Assembly (NCBI GenBank): GCA_003427395.1
Contig: BFEA01000030.1
Span: 2,779,728 to 2,843,727 of the forward strand
Direction: 5' to 3'
Length of the DNA stretch: 64,000 nt
Origin: Chara braunii
Taxonomy: Eukaryota > Plantae > Charophyceae
Shown here: piece by piece, positions 50,652 through 63,329 of the stretch
Layout: each line of letters opens with the position of its first letter
Numbering within the stretch: position 1 is the stretch's first letter
Notes under the pieces: model-generated
What the model was told of the DNA's origin: nothing
What the model saw: only the letters and a program-made list of their open reading frames with translations
The model's database searches: none
Program-made: the position numbers and the translations under genes

Positions 50652-51057
50652 TTTCGGAGTCAACAATCGCAGAAATGAGAGATGATTTGGAGGGTGTCAG
50701 TGCGGCAGAGCATGAAAAGGTTCCAAGCACGGCAAACAGGGAGAGGGGGGAGGAAAATGAGAAAGAAGAGGAGGCGGACAAGAGTCGGAGTGTGATCAAC
50801 TTGGTGGACCAGTCAAGTGAGAACGAAGAAACATCTGACAAGAAAGAAGCGAAAAAGTCGGGAGAGGAGTTTCAAGAAAGAGAGCGTGATTTGAGCGAAG
50901 GGAGTGAGGGAATATGCGGTAGAAAAAGAAAAGCAGGCAAGGAAAAAGAGGAATGCACAATGCGACGTTCAAAAAGAGGCAGGGAGAAGAAAGCACATTG
51001 CAACGTGTAGTGCATGTGTGCACATGGGTGTCTGCCTGCATTCACAGTCGATGGTAG

Positions 51058-51114
<57 letters not shown>

Positions 51115-51391
51115 ATCACCGGTGAGGATGAGATTTTAGAGTATGAAACGATGAGTGAGAGACGTGATTTATATGTCGCTTGTGTCGGTCAAGTACATAT
51201 TACATTTTGAGTACGCTTCGAGTTTTTGACATGTAAATGAAAAAATGGAATGCACAAATTATATATAGATTGTGTCGATCGAGAAAAAAACAGCACGATG
51301 TGTATCAGATTATGCTATTTTTGTATGGAAAGTGCTCGATGAGTTCAAAATTTTCACATTGTTGCTACCTTCGGTGTATGTAAAGATGAAG

Positions 51392-51454
<63 letters not shown>

Positions 51455-51469
51455 ACACACACACACATT

Positions 51470-51546
<77 letters not shown>

Positions 51547-51639
51547 ACGTACGCACGCACATGAACACATAATTGATAATGCAATGACTTCACATGTTAA
51601 CAATAAGTAATCCCATTGTGGTGTGAACCAGGGACATTG

Positions 51640-52479
51640 CTACACGTCCAAGGCGAACGCCGATGTAAATACGGGTGGAGTATTCAATTAGCAACGGATG
51701 CTATCACCGAGTCGGAAGAAAATACATTGCGGCAATGGGAAAATAAGTTCAACAATTACAAAACACTGTCAAGCACCAAGAATCCAGCGATGCGAGAGGA
51801 GTTAAGATTCACGGTTCACGATATGAGTATCCTCATGAGTGGCACACGATGGCTAAACGATGACATTATAAACTTTTACAGCAATATGATAAAGGTTGAC
51901 AAAATGTGTAGGACCTCCCATCGAGAGTGCGATACGCGAGCTAACATGTCCGCGAAGTACGCAAAGGGTTTGATTCCTTGAACAACTGTATGTAACTTTT
52001 TTTTTTTTGTCAAGCTCATGGATGACAACTTCAGATATCACTGTGACAAAGTAGCTAAATGGTTCAGAGACGTATTGATCGCAGATAATGACTTGATTTT
52101 AACCCCATACCATAATATTCATGAAAAGCATTGGACACTTGTTGCAGTAGACCTTCGACGGACAGTTATAGAGTACCACGATTCGATGGAACCAAACTCT
52201 GACATTGCAAAAAAGGTAGTCAATAACTTCGCGAGATTCGTGTACGATCGATCAACACAACAAGGAAAGCAAGTCAACACTAGACATTTCAAGAAGGTAT
52301 TAGAGGTAGTTGGTATCCCGAAAGAAAAAGACATTCATGAGTGTGGAGTATTTGTGCTAGCATACGCATCTCTTTTAGCAAGAGGTCGGTTGCCACCATT
52401 CGAATTCGATATGCACGATATCCAACGCATTAGACGTCGGATCGCACTAGACTCAGTAGCAACTAGAGAGGGTGTGTAG
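51640..52479 (+). pseudogene. Ulp1-like SUMO/ubiquitin-like protease (peptidase C48)
   Basis: WLNDDIINFY; KVAKWF; HWTLVAVD...IEYHDSM; IPKEKDIHECGVFVLAYA. The His-Asp-Cys triad is present and the oxyanion Gln is replaced by Glu. The reading frame is broken at ~51980-52015. Confidence 0.9.
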
Positions 52480-53044
52480 GATGCGACAGATTATAGAGGA
52501 GATTAAAGAGGTTGAAAGGTGACAGTCATTGAATTGTTCGGTTGCAAGTCACTTATGGCAGTTTGCAAATGTACAATGTTATGTACAATATGGAATGCTT
52601 TGACCGACAGATCGCAAATGCAGCGACATATACATCAAACTTGTACGTAGTCATACAACATGTTGAGGTCTACATATGTATGGTCTATGTGAGGTCTGGA
52701 TATGTATGGTCTATGCGAGGTCTGGATATGTATGGTCTATGTGGAGAGTAGAATGCAAAAAGGATGGAAGTCAAGAATGTATCATATACCATAAGCATAT
52801 GTATGGTGTACGCGGTATAATGTGCATATGTATGGTGTATGCGGTATGATGTACCCCTAATGGTATATTGCACATAATAGTTCACCTCCCATATATAATG
52901 CACGTGGTACCATACGACTACAGCCTACCATGGTCTACATATAAAGCCAGAAGTCACGATTTCGGAGGAAAATTTTGTACATTTTTCACTTAAATCAATT
53001 TCGCGATTTCAGAAAAAAATGTCAGTTTTAACGAAATGTCAGTT

Positions 53045-55340
53045 GATTCCTTCTGTCTAACTCTTTCATTCCTCAATCACAGGCAATAGTGAATGGTTCA
53101 GGCAGCAAATAAGAAGACTTTGACCAGTTAATCGAGGCTTCCGACAATTGGCAGTATTCCTCCAGCACTCTCCTAAGCTCAGTTAGTGATGTCTGCGTAT
53201 TCTTACATATCAAAGTCAGGTCGTCTACTAACGCATTCCCCTTCCAGTTAAGCTTATCAGACATATATAGGCCGGTTATTTCATTATTATACCTGATGTT
53301 ATCCAATAGGACTTCCAATTGGATGACGAACAGCAGTGGAGCCAACGGACAGCCTTGTCGCAGAGAACGGGTGAGCATAATTTCCTGCGATAGACAGTTG
53401 TTGACATTTACCACTGCCGAACCTTGAGAGTACATTGCTTTCACTACTTTCAAAAAAATGCGCCAAAATTCATGTTCTTTAATGTAGTGGCAACGAAGGC
53501 CCAACCCACCTTATCATAGGCTTTGCCCATATCGATCAATAGTGTCGCCACATTCCTGTTTTCAGTACCGATAATTTCTAGGGTTTATAGAATTGCCAGA
53601 ATATTTTCATATATCGATCTGCCTTTAACAAAGCCCCCTTGCTCTTGGCCTACTATTTCAGGCAAGTACCTTGCCAATCTGCCCGCTACTGCTTTCGATA
53701 ATATCTTGTAAGCAACATTCAGTAGTGAAATAGGTCGGTAATTTTTTACTTCTTTTTTGTCGCCTTTCTTGTACATTAGTGAAATCACGCCTCTTGTCAA
53801 GCCCTTCGGGAGAGACCTGCCTGTTAATAGCCCATTACTGATGTCTGTGAGGAATGGGCCCATTGAGTCCTAGGTTTCCACATAGAACTCCATCGGGAGC
53901 CCATCGGAACCTGGGCATTTACCCGATTTTATACCTTTCAATGCCTGACCTAGCTCCGTTATTGTGAATGGTCTGTCTAGATCAAGCTTCCCTTGTCTTG
54001 AGATCGTTACCTTCGATCTTTCCCAGTACCTTGAGGTGGTGGTCAGATCAGTATCAAAGTTCGACTCTTGCCTTTTTGTCGAGAATATATCCCTAAAATA
54101 ATCCCTAACATATTCGCACATCTACTGGATGGAGTCTGTGACTGGGAGCAGTGGATCTAGCGGGTGAGCGAGTTGCCTCAGCAAAGGTCTGGACTGACGT
54201 AGAATCAGCGAACGAAAAGTTAATTTCGTCATTCTAATGTAACTTGTGATGCCTCTCGGATTTAACCATTCTAACCACTGGGTTTGTTTTCTTACCTCTA
54301 ACTTTTCTAACGCCAGCAGTAGTTCTTTCCTCTTCTTAGACCAGAAGTGATTTGCATATTGGTCCGTCCTTATCTGTTTTTCTGCTTCTGCGATTGCCGC
54401 TTTCAGATCTTCTCGTCCTTATTTCTTCTCCCGACTTTAATCTGAGAGAAAACATTCATAGTATTTAAAATTGCAGCTAACCCGGTATCAGCCCAGTCTT
54501 CCTCTGTCTGGAATAGCGATTTGGCCTTAACCCAGTATTACATGTGTTTTGTCACCCACTCTTTTATTCCCTTGTCTTTCGGATTGGCGACATTCAACCG
54601 GAAAGAGCCACGCATTCGCTCCACATTGTCTCCAGGTAGGACGTCTATGATCACCGGATAATGGTCTGAAAAAGGGCTAAATTTAAATTCCGCCCATATA
54701 CAGCAATCCCAGATTGCCCCCCTAGCTAGAAAGAAATCTAATCTCCTCCCTGAGGCTAAAGCACTGAACCACGTAAATCCATTTGACTCTGGATTCATGA
54801 CACGATATGCATCTATTAGACTTTGCGACTCCATGAAGTTAATTAATAACTTAGAGTCATCTCTCATCGGATCTAGTCGGGGAGTATCCAATCCTGGAGT
54901 TATAATCGTGTTCCAATCTGGCGCCAATAGTAGATGTTCGGTATCCGGGATAAAGGCTGGGAGATTAGCAAAAAAGAAAATCCTCTCCTTATAATCCACC
55001 GGGGCGTAAATGGACATAACGGCCCAATCCTCTGTTCCTATAGCAAATTTGACCCATCCAAACCTCCTGCCAAATCTGAAAAGGAATCCAGAATCTCAAC
55101 ATCGAGGTCTTCATGGAATAGAACTGTTGTACCCCCTTTAGTCTCATCCGCGGGGGCCCAGTACTGTGGTCCCCTCCACCAGTTTCTTGCTTGCAACAGT
55201 TTGACCGAATCTAGCTTGGTTTCTTGTAAGCAGAGGATCTGCACATTTTCGGAATAGAAGTTAGGAGGTAAGTCTGCTTCTTTTATGCCTCCTCGATGTA
55301 TCCCCTAAACCCTGAGCATTCCACGATCCTATTCTTAACC
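53045..55340 (-). pseudogene. LINE ORF2: AP endonuclease and reverse transcriptase (disrupted)
   Basis: ILCLQETKL; SIYAP; RLDFFL; SDHYPV; KCPGSDGLPMEFY; NYRPISLLNVAYKIL; EQGGFVKGR; LRQGCPLAPLLF; ALVDDLT. Confidence 0.95.
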
Positions 55341-55651
55341 TATTCGGCAGTACCATGGGACAATGTCGGTGGTCCGCCCTGTTTTTGGATAGGGTGGGAT
55401 GACATCAACGATGGATTCTTATTCGATGGCTTATCCTTGCTTCCTTCTCTGTTCAGATACCACGGTTGCAAAAGAGTGTTGGCCAAAGCCGGGCCAAGAA
55501 TCGTGTCCTTCATGTCTGCGTGACGAAACCAGTCTGCTAGATCTTGTCCTGTTGCCCTGTCTGCCAATCAGACTCTCCCTGGATTTTCGTTACCGGTCGT
55601 TACGAAAATTTCCAGAGGAATCCAATGGGGGGCCAAGGTATTCAGATTCTC

Positions 55652-57760
55652 CTAGGTGTCATCTTTGAAATGAATATTCAGAAAAGCAAAATACGGATAG
55701 GTTTTCAAATCCTTCCCTACTGATATTAAGTGTCGACCCATTCGTGGGTCCGGAACGTAGCCTACGGGGCGTATCCCGTTAAGCACTTGAGTGGCCGCTT
55801 CAATGAACTGTTGCTCTGTGGGGGGGCCTTTTACTTGGAAGATCGGCAGATCAAAGTCTATTTCCGATATTTTCTTTGTCAATAAAAGAAGGCCCTGGTT
55901 TGAGGAAGAGCAGATGAGCGGTACCAAGAAATTCTCTGTTTTTTTTTTCTTATTCCTCGAGGCAGTTACTATGGGTAATGCCTTGATTAGGGATTGTCTC
56001 CTCTCTGGGGCGTTCCCTTTACTTTTCAGGGTTCTCCTGCCAGTCACGTCTGATACATACGGAGTGGTCCTAGAAGCTCCCTTCCTTTGTCTCTTCGAAG
56101 GCGAATCAGGGCCTACTGCGTCCCCTGCTGGTTTGCCTGCCACCTGTCTAACTGGAACAACTAAAAGAGGGTCCACCATCAAAATATTTTTCACCTCTGT
56201 CATGCCATCGGTAATTAACCGAATCTCACCTATTGGTGTGGAACCCGCTTCCCCCTCTTCTTCCTCTGAGGGAGGATCATTCAGATCCACCCCTGGGGAA
56301 GAGGGGGTTCCGTGAAATTGAAACAAATAATTCTCGTGCGTGGTGACGAAGGTGGTAGATCCCCATTTGCTCGGACTCTCATCTGATTGTGTGGCTACGA
56401 CTACGAAGCTGGAGAAAGATGTGGAAGGGATAAAAGTAGGGACCGACCGTTTAAAGGGAGGCGGAGATCTCTCAATTTCCCGATCTCTATCTCTCGTTTC
56501 CCAACTGAACCTTACACTTTTATCCATTTCATCCTTGTTCTCCTCCCCGTACTCCTCTAGCTCTCTTAGAGCTTCTGCAACTCTCTCTCGCTCTCCCTCA
56601 TCCTCTCTTTCCCTTTCTCTCCTTCTCTCCAACTCCCTTTCTCTTTCTTTCAGTCTTTCTCTTTCCATCGCAATCTCTTTCTGCCTTTCCATTTTTTTCT
56701 CTCTTTCCAGCCCATCCCTTCTCAGTCTCTCCCGTTCTAACTCTCTTTCCTTTTCTCTTTCCAACTCTCTCTCTTTTTCTGTCTCTTTTTTCTTCTCTCT
56801 CTCCTTCTCCTTTTCGCTTTCCATGTCCTCAATCTCTTTTGCCTTTCTTCTCTCTCTCCTTCTCCTTTTCGCTTTCCATGTCCTCAATCTGTTTTGCCTT
56901 GTCAATATCCATCTGCTTCACCTTCTCTCACTCTCTTTCCCGTTCCTCTTCCTCTTCCCTCCTGCGTTCCCTTTCCCTCTCGTTTTCTTTCTGTTTCTTC
57001 ATGGCTCATCTCTCAAATTCATCAGGGGGGCCCTTCTCGGTGACATCGGGGGGTGGCCTTACCTTCCACCCTCTCGCCGGGCAGTCAGGGTCGTCATCTG
57101 AATGAAAGTATTGTTTGCAGACTGAACACCATTCCGAGGTGGCACATCCAACCTCCATGGTTACAATGGTTTCCTTCCCATCGGGAATCCCGATGACTAA
57201 ATACGGCGTATACTTTTCTGCCACCGCGGGTTCCAGATCAAATCGAATATTATGCAATTCAGGTTCTACCGGATTTTTAGTCATGGGATGTGTCTTGATC
57301 ACCCCTCCGAACGCTTTCCCAATTGCCTCTTCAATGACTAGCATTGCTGCTAAAGGGACTTGGAGACATCTTACCCAGAAGAATGCACATCTGTTCGTCT
57401 CCTTCCAAACCTAGAGTTCAGATTCCGATATCCATGGTCGGATTGTGAGCTTGTGCAATCTGCCATCCAATCTTACCTCGTCATTCCCTTCCAGTCGAAG
57501 GTACTCCGCAACTTCCTTTGTGCTTGTGATATATGAAATGAGATTTCTTCCTTTGTTTTTAAATAGACCTCGTCTGGGCTCAGGACCCAACATCGAACTC
57601 CCTATCCAACTATTCTCGTATGCCCTTATAATCTTCTTCTTCAGCCCAACCGAGAAGGAGTCAGACTCCAGGCCAAACATAATAGTCACTCCGTGCTCCT
57701 CTAGTTATTCCGTCTGTGCGGTATAGGCTTCAGGGGAGATGTTGACTCTAAAATGTAATC
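55652..57760 (-). pseudogene. LINE ORF1 (RRM-like region, zinc knuckle, charged coiled coil)
   Basis: LTIRPW; knuckle CSVCKQYFHSDDDPDC (57006-57344 ORF); E/R/K-rich helix; lies upstream of ORF2 on the same strand. Confidence 0.75.
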
Positions 57761-58599
57761 CTCCCCTCTCTCGATCTAGTCCGAGTGGTCAATAATTAGC
57801 CCTTTTGGTAGGATCCCCTCGTGGTAGCAATCCTGTATTAATTGACGCAAGCGGGCTTTGTCCGGGGATGAGGAGGTTAACGGCCCTCCACCCTCATTCT
57901 CAGGCTCCATCCCTAGTTTGACTTTAGCTAAAAGCTACGGCCAAACTTCTCGACTAACTTTGGATACTATCGAGATATTTAATTTATACGTTAATCACAT
58001 GTAAAAGGATCGGAACAGTCATCCACCCTTGTTAGGACTTGTTAGTCTGTCCGAGCCTCGATTAGCTTTAGTCAACAGTCCTTCCTATCACGCCACGGCC
58101 TCAAACAACCTTAATTGTTGCATAGAGGAATAAAATAGGTTTTGAAGCTTTACCCAAAGGACCTTCCCTGTATTAGCTCTTGTAGACTGTTGCTCTTGAT
58201 GCTCATATCTCGGACCTGCAGCCGCAGGCTCGAGCCACAAACGACTCTTCTTCTCTCCGGGCGAGTGGTTGTCGTCGTAACTTACGCATTAATTCCTCAA
58301 TCAGGAAGTTGATAGGAGACAGTTTGTGTAATAAATAGACAAAGGGAATCGACTAGGGGCATGTTCCGAACGCGACGGCGTTCCTATTCCACTTAAAGAT
58401 TAGTTGAGCATAACCACCCGTCGGCATAGCTCAGCTATGTTGGCTACTAGTCGCGGCACGCTTCTTTCCCCAACGCGTCACGGTAGCGCTCTGGGTGCGC
58501 TAAGTTAGCGCTATTCCGCATGCGGCGTAGCGCTAACCTTCCACGCCAGGGCCCGCCGGCACTTACGGAGAAGGAGTACGTTTCACGTCCATGGNACGC

Positions 58600-59170
58600 N
58601 TTGGGGAAAGAAGNGTGCCGNACGATGTATCTCGTCTNGTCNGTGGCGCGAAAATTTAGTATGAGATCATCANCCGTATCTCATCATTTTATGGNGGGAA
58701 AACNAAAAGATGAACCGTATCTGGTCATTTTGTGCCCGCCTGGACGATGTATCTCGTCTCGTCGGTGGCGAGAAAATTTAGTATGAGATCTGTCTGTCCA
58801 ATCTCGCCATTTTATGGCGGGAAAACGAAAAAATGAACCGTACTTGGTCATTTTGTACCCGCCTGGACAATGTATCTCGTCTCGTCGGTGGCGCGAATTT
58901 TTAGTATGAGATCTGTCTATCCAATCTCGCGATTTTATGGCGGGAAAACGAAAAGATGAACCGCATCTAGTCATCACCATTTTATGGCGGGAAAACGAAA
59001 CGAAAAGATGAACCGTATCTGGTCATTTTGTGCCCACCTGGACGATGTATCTGGTCGGTGGAGCGAAAATTTAGTATGAGATTTGTCTGTCCAATCTCGC
59101 CATTTTATGGCGGGAAAATGAAACAATGAACCGTATCTGGTCATTTTTCGCCCCCCGCCAGAACGATGTA
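58600..59170. repeat. Tandem repeat, ~120-bp unit, ~4-5 copies
   Basis: gatgaaccgtatctggtcattttgtgcccgcctggacgatgtatctcg...ttttatggcgggaaaacga recurs. Confidence 0.85.
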
Positions 59171-59289
59171 CCTCGTCATTCGCGGGAACTTTTAATCAAT
59201 TCAACAATTTAGTTGACGAACATACAAATAATACAACATCCACGTACGTACACATGTCACACCTCAAGGCATTCTCCTACTATATACCT

Positions 59290-59470
59290 TCTTTCCCCGC
59301 ACACAACGCCCGCTCATTATTGTTGTATCTAGTCTGAAAGATGCCCCAAATGCAGCTATAATGACCACACGTATTCGGGGTTTTCCCCGCATACAACGCC
59401 CGCTCATTCTTGCTGTATCTAGTCTGGAAGATGCCCCAAATGCAGCTATAATGACCACACGTTGTATTCG
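59290..59470. repeat. Tandem duplication, ~90 bp x2
   Basis: ttccccgca.acaacgcccgctcatt...gatgccccaaatgcagctataatgaccacacg occurs twice. Confidence 0.85.
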
Positions 59471-62012
59471 GGGCAAGAACTTAGGTAGGTAGCACTTACT
59501 TTCTTACTTTCTACATTTATCAGCCCGCAATGACGTCAAGTGCGGACGAACATACATGCATCTAGCCGTAATCACGTCCAGAGCTGAGTCGAAATCGTGT
59601 GAGCAGCCCCTCACACGAAAACGAGCGGCTGTGCTTTCTTTTTNNNNNNNNNNNNNNNNNNNNNNNNNNNNNNNNNNNNNNNNNNNNNNNNNNNNNNNNN
59701 NNNNNNNNNNNNNNNNNNNNNNNNNNNNNNNNNNNNNNNNNNNNNNNNNNNNNNNNNNNNNNNNNNNNNNNNNNNNNNNNNNNNNNNNNNNNNNNNNNNN
59801 NNNNNNNNNNNNNNNNNNNNNNNNNNNNNNNNNNNNNNNNNNNNNNNNNNNNNNNNNNNNNNNNNNNNNNNNNNNNNNNNNNNNNNNNNNNNNNNNNNNN
59901 NNNNNNNNNNNNNNNNNNNNNNNNNNNNNNNNNNNNNNNNNNNNNNNNNNNNNNNNNNNNTGTCTTTTTTTTTTTTTTTTTTTCCCCATAAACCATTTCT
60001 GACGTTCATACCTTGTTTTTGAACTTAATAATTCGAGATTCTTGGTGCATTTTGCTATGACATTTGCGGCTATGTGTGCACGTGCTTCGGGGTCAGACCT
60101 TTTGATCTGGCTCTGTTGTTCTCATCTCATCTCATCACTTCTGAGCCGCAACTCTTCTCTTCTCTCCTTTTTTTTTCCTTTTAAGACACTTCATTTTTTT
60201 TCCCCTTTTTTTATAACCCATTTTTGACCCGAAGCTCTTTTCTTCCTTCTTTTTTTTTTTTTTTTTCGAGACACTTCCTCATTTTCTTCTCTTTTTTCAA
60301 TAACCTATTTTTCAGCCGCCCTCATTCTTTTTCTCTTTGTTCATAACCCTTCTTTTTCTTTTTAAGACACTTTTTTTTTTTTTTTTTCCTTTTTCATTAC
60401 CCATTTCTGAGCCGAAGCTCTTTTCTTCTCCTTTTTTTTTTTTTTTTTCCAAGACGTACTTCATCATTTTCTTCTATTTTTTAATATAACTCATTTCTCT
60501 CTTTTTTCATAACCCATTTCTCAGCCGCAGCTCTCTTCTTTTATCTTTTTTTTTTTTAAACCTTGTCTTATCCTTTACTTTTTTTTTCCATCTTTTTCTT
60601 TTTTTTTTAACCTTAAAAAAAGCACATCGTTCTTTTTTTGTCCGCTGGCATTTCAGATTAAATTCAGCCCACAACTTCATTATCAGATAAGGAACAAATT
60701 AAAAAAAAAAAGGAAAAAAATACACGACGCGGCAAACGAAGCCCACAACTGTGGCATAACAGACGCACACGCATCGCGTTTTATTTTTTTTCCTTTTTTC
60801 TTTTTTCCTCGTCTTTCTTTTTTCTTTTCTTCTCTCTTTTTATAATAGCCCATTTCTCAACAGTCGCGCTTTTTTTCTCTTTTTATAATTACCCATCTCC
60901 CTCGGCCTTCCAAGTTAAACCCAGCCCAGTTCAGAAAAAAAAAAAACAAGGTCCAGCTCAAACGGCACACTTGTCACTGAAACAGGTCAATGTGTACACG
61001 TGGCAAAGTAAGGGAGACGGGGGAACGGACCAGCGTCAAGAAAAAGAAACANNNNNNNNNNNNNNNNNNNNNNNNNNNNNNNNNNNNNNNNNNNNNNNNN
61101 NNNNNNNNNNNNNNNNNNNNNNNNNNNNNNNNNNNNNNNNNNNNNNNNNNNNNNNNNNNNNNNNNNNNNNNNNNNNNNNNNNNNNNNNNNNNNNNNNNNN
61201 NNNNNNNNNNNNNNNNNNNNNNNNNNNNNNNNNNNNNNNNNNNNNNNNNNNNNNNNNNNNNNNNNNNNNNNNNNNNNNNNNNNNNNNNNNNNNNNNNNNN
61301 NNNNNNNNNNNNNNNNNNNNNNNNNNNNNNNNNNNNNNNNNNNNNNNNNNNNNNNNNNNNNNNNNNNNNNNNNNNNNNNNNNNNNNNNNNNNNNNNNNNN
61401 NNNNNNNNNNNNNNNNNNNNNNNNNNNNNNNNNNNNNNNNNNNNNNNNNNNNNNNNNNNNNNNNNNNNNNNNNNNNNNNNNNNNNNNNNNNNNNNNNNNN
61501 NNNNNNNNNNNNNNNNNNNNNNNNNNNNNNNNNNNNNNNNNNNNNNNNNNNNNNNNNNNNNNNNNNNNNNNNNNNNNNNNNNNNNNNNNNNNNNNNNNNN
61601 NNNNNNNNNNNNNNNNNNNNNNNNNNNNNNNNNNNNNNNNNNNNNNNNNNNNNNNNNNNNNNNNNNNNNNNNNNNNNNNNNNNNNNNNNNNNNNNNNNNN
61701 NNNNNNNNNNNNNNNNNNNNNNNNNNNNNNNNNNNNNNNNNNNNNNNNNNNNNNNNNNNNNNNNNNNNNNNNNNNNNNNNNNNNNNNNNNNNNNNNNNNN
61801 NNNNNNNNNNNNNNNNNNNNNNNNNNNNNNNNNNNNNNNNNNNNNNNNNNNNNNNNNNNNNNNNNNNNNNNNNNNNNNNNNNNNNNNNNNNNNNNNNNNN
61901 NNNNNNNNNNNNNNNNNNNNNNNNNNNNNNNNNNNNNNNNNNNNNNNNNNNAAAAAAAAAAAAAAAAGGAAAAAAAAAGACGTCGAATGAAAAAAAAAGA
62001 GGTCTGTCCTTC

Positions 62013-62272
62013 CGGATATTTATTAAAATTTGGAGCGATAAAGGACAAAGAAGATGAGCCTATTAAAATTGCAGTATTATTTATTTTTTCAAGTTTTTTG
62101 TTTTAAATCTGGATGATTTATTCATGTGTGGCCGCTGCGCAAGAACGACACGCATATGCATGAAGAAATCATCCAGATTTTAAACAAAAAACTTGAAAAA
62201 ATAAATAATAATGCAATTTTAATAGGCTAATCTTCTTTGTCCTTTATCGCTCCAAATTTTAATAAATATCCG
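62013..62272. mobile_element. Foldback/MITE-like long inverted repeat (~110-bp arms)
   Basis: cggatatttattaaaatttggagcgataaaggacaaagaaga... and its near-perfect reverse complement surround a short central spacer. Confidence 0.8.
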
Positions 62273-62711
62273 ATGGCGTGGAGAAGCACAATTTTGGCGG
62301 AAATCGAACGATGATGGCGGGAGTTGCAAATCAAAAAAGACAAACGAAACAATTACTGTATAATGGAGGGAAAAAACAGATGATGGCAGAAGCGATATAG
62401 AAACAAGAGAAAAACGAAATAGTGGCGGGAGTCCCGCAATAATGGCCGAAGTAGAACCGTGATGGCAGGAGTCCCGCAATAATGGCTGGAGTCCCGCAGT
62501 AATGGTGGGAGTAGAAAGATGAAGGCAAGAGAGAGTCCCGCAATAATGGTGGGAGAGTCCCACAATAATGGCGGGAGTGGAACCGTGATGGCGGGAGTAG
62601 AAAGATGAAGGCAAGAGAGAGTGCAAAAGGAAGAGGAAAAGAAAAAGATGGCGGGAGTGGGGAAAAAAAAACAGGGAAGAAAAAAAGTAGGAAAAGAAAA
62701 AAGTTACCAGG

Positions 62712-63011
62712 TAGGCTACCAGTCGGGCCACTCGGGACTCCTCGTTTTCCTAGGCGGCCTGACCTCGAAAGGACAAGGGAAGGTCTTAGCACCAAAAAAA
62801 AATAAAAATAAAAATGAAAAAAAACTATATGATGCAGAAAAATAACCTGAGCAACTTTTGCGTCAGGGTCACATCGAAACTCTGTACCAAATTAAAAAAA
62901 AAAATCAAATAACAAATATAATTCAAAAAATATGTACACTTTTTAATGACCTTTTATCAGTTTATTTTTGGCCCGGTCGGGCAAGTGGTCCCGGGCCACC
63001 CTGGCAGCCTT
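62712..63011. mobile_element. MITE with AGGCTRCCAG inverted ends (hAT-like)
   Basis: taggctaccag at 62712 and ctggcagcct ending at 63010; homologous to the 41891 element; TSD not evident. Confidence 0.6.
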
Positions 63012-63329
63012 AAAAAAAGAGCGAAAAAAACTAATATTGGGCGAATAGACAGATTATGAGGCTAATCAAATAATAATAATAGTAAAATAATAATAATAGT
63101 AAAATAATAATAAGAGAAAACGTAATAACAGCGGGAGTCCCAAAATAATTGTGGGAATGGAACGATGATGGCCGGAGTGGAAAGCCGAAGGCGAGTACAA
63201 CAAAAAAAAGGAAAAAAAAAAAAGAAAAAAGAAAAAAAAGATGCGTAGCGATTGGCCTCGATATTTCACTATCTGTTTTTTTTTTTTTTTCCCTCTTTTT
63301 CTTTAACTTCTTGTTCTCATTCTCTTTCT

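Larger units (their letters stand above)
26129..53044. mobile_element. Giant (~26.9 kb) TIR DNA transposon with 4-bp TSD (Sola-like), carrying cargo genes
   Basis: 50-bp TIRs AACTGACATTTCGTTAAAACT(A/G)ACATTTTTTTCT(A/G)AAATCGCGAAAT(C/T)GA at 26129-26178 and 52995-53044. GATT flanks both sides (26125-26128, 53045-53048). Removing the element rejoins the LINE RT as ...RQKESERLLGIQV. Confidence 0.92.

Noticed and set aside
55791-57101. Plus-strand 174-aa and 253-aa ORFs
   Set aside because: Antisense shadows of the purine-rich LINE ORF1.
58300-58560. LINE 5' end and TSD
   Set aside because: No match found to the sequence flanking the poly(A) at 23830-23848; the boundary is left unresolved.
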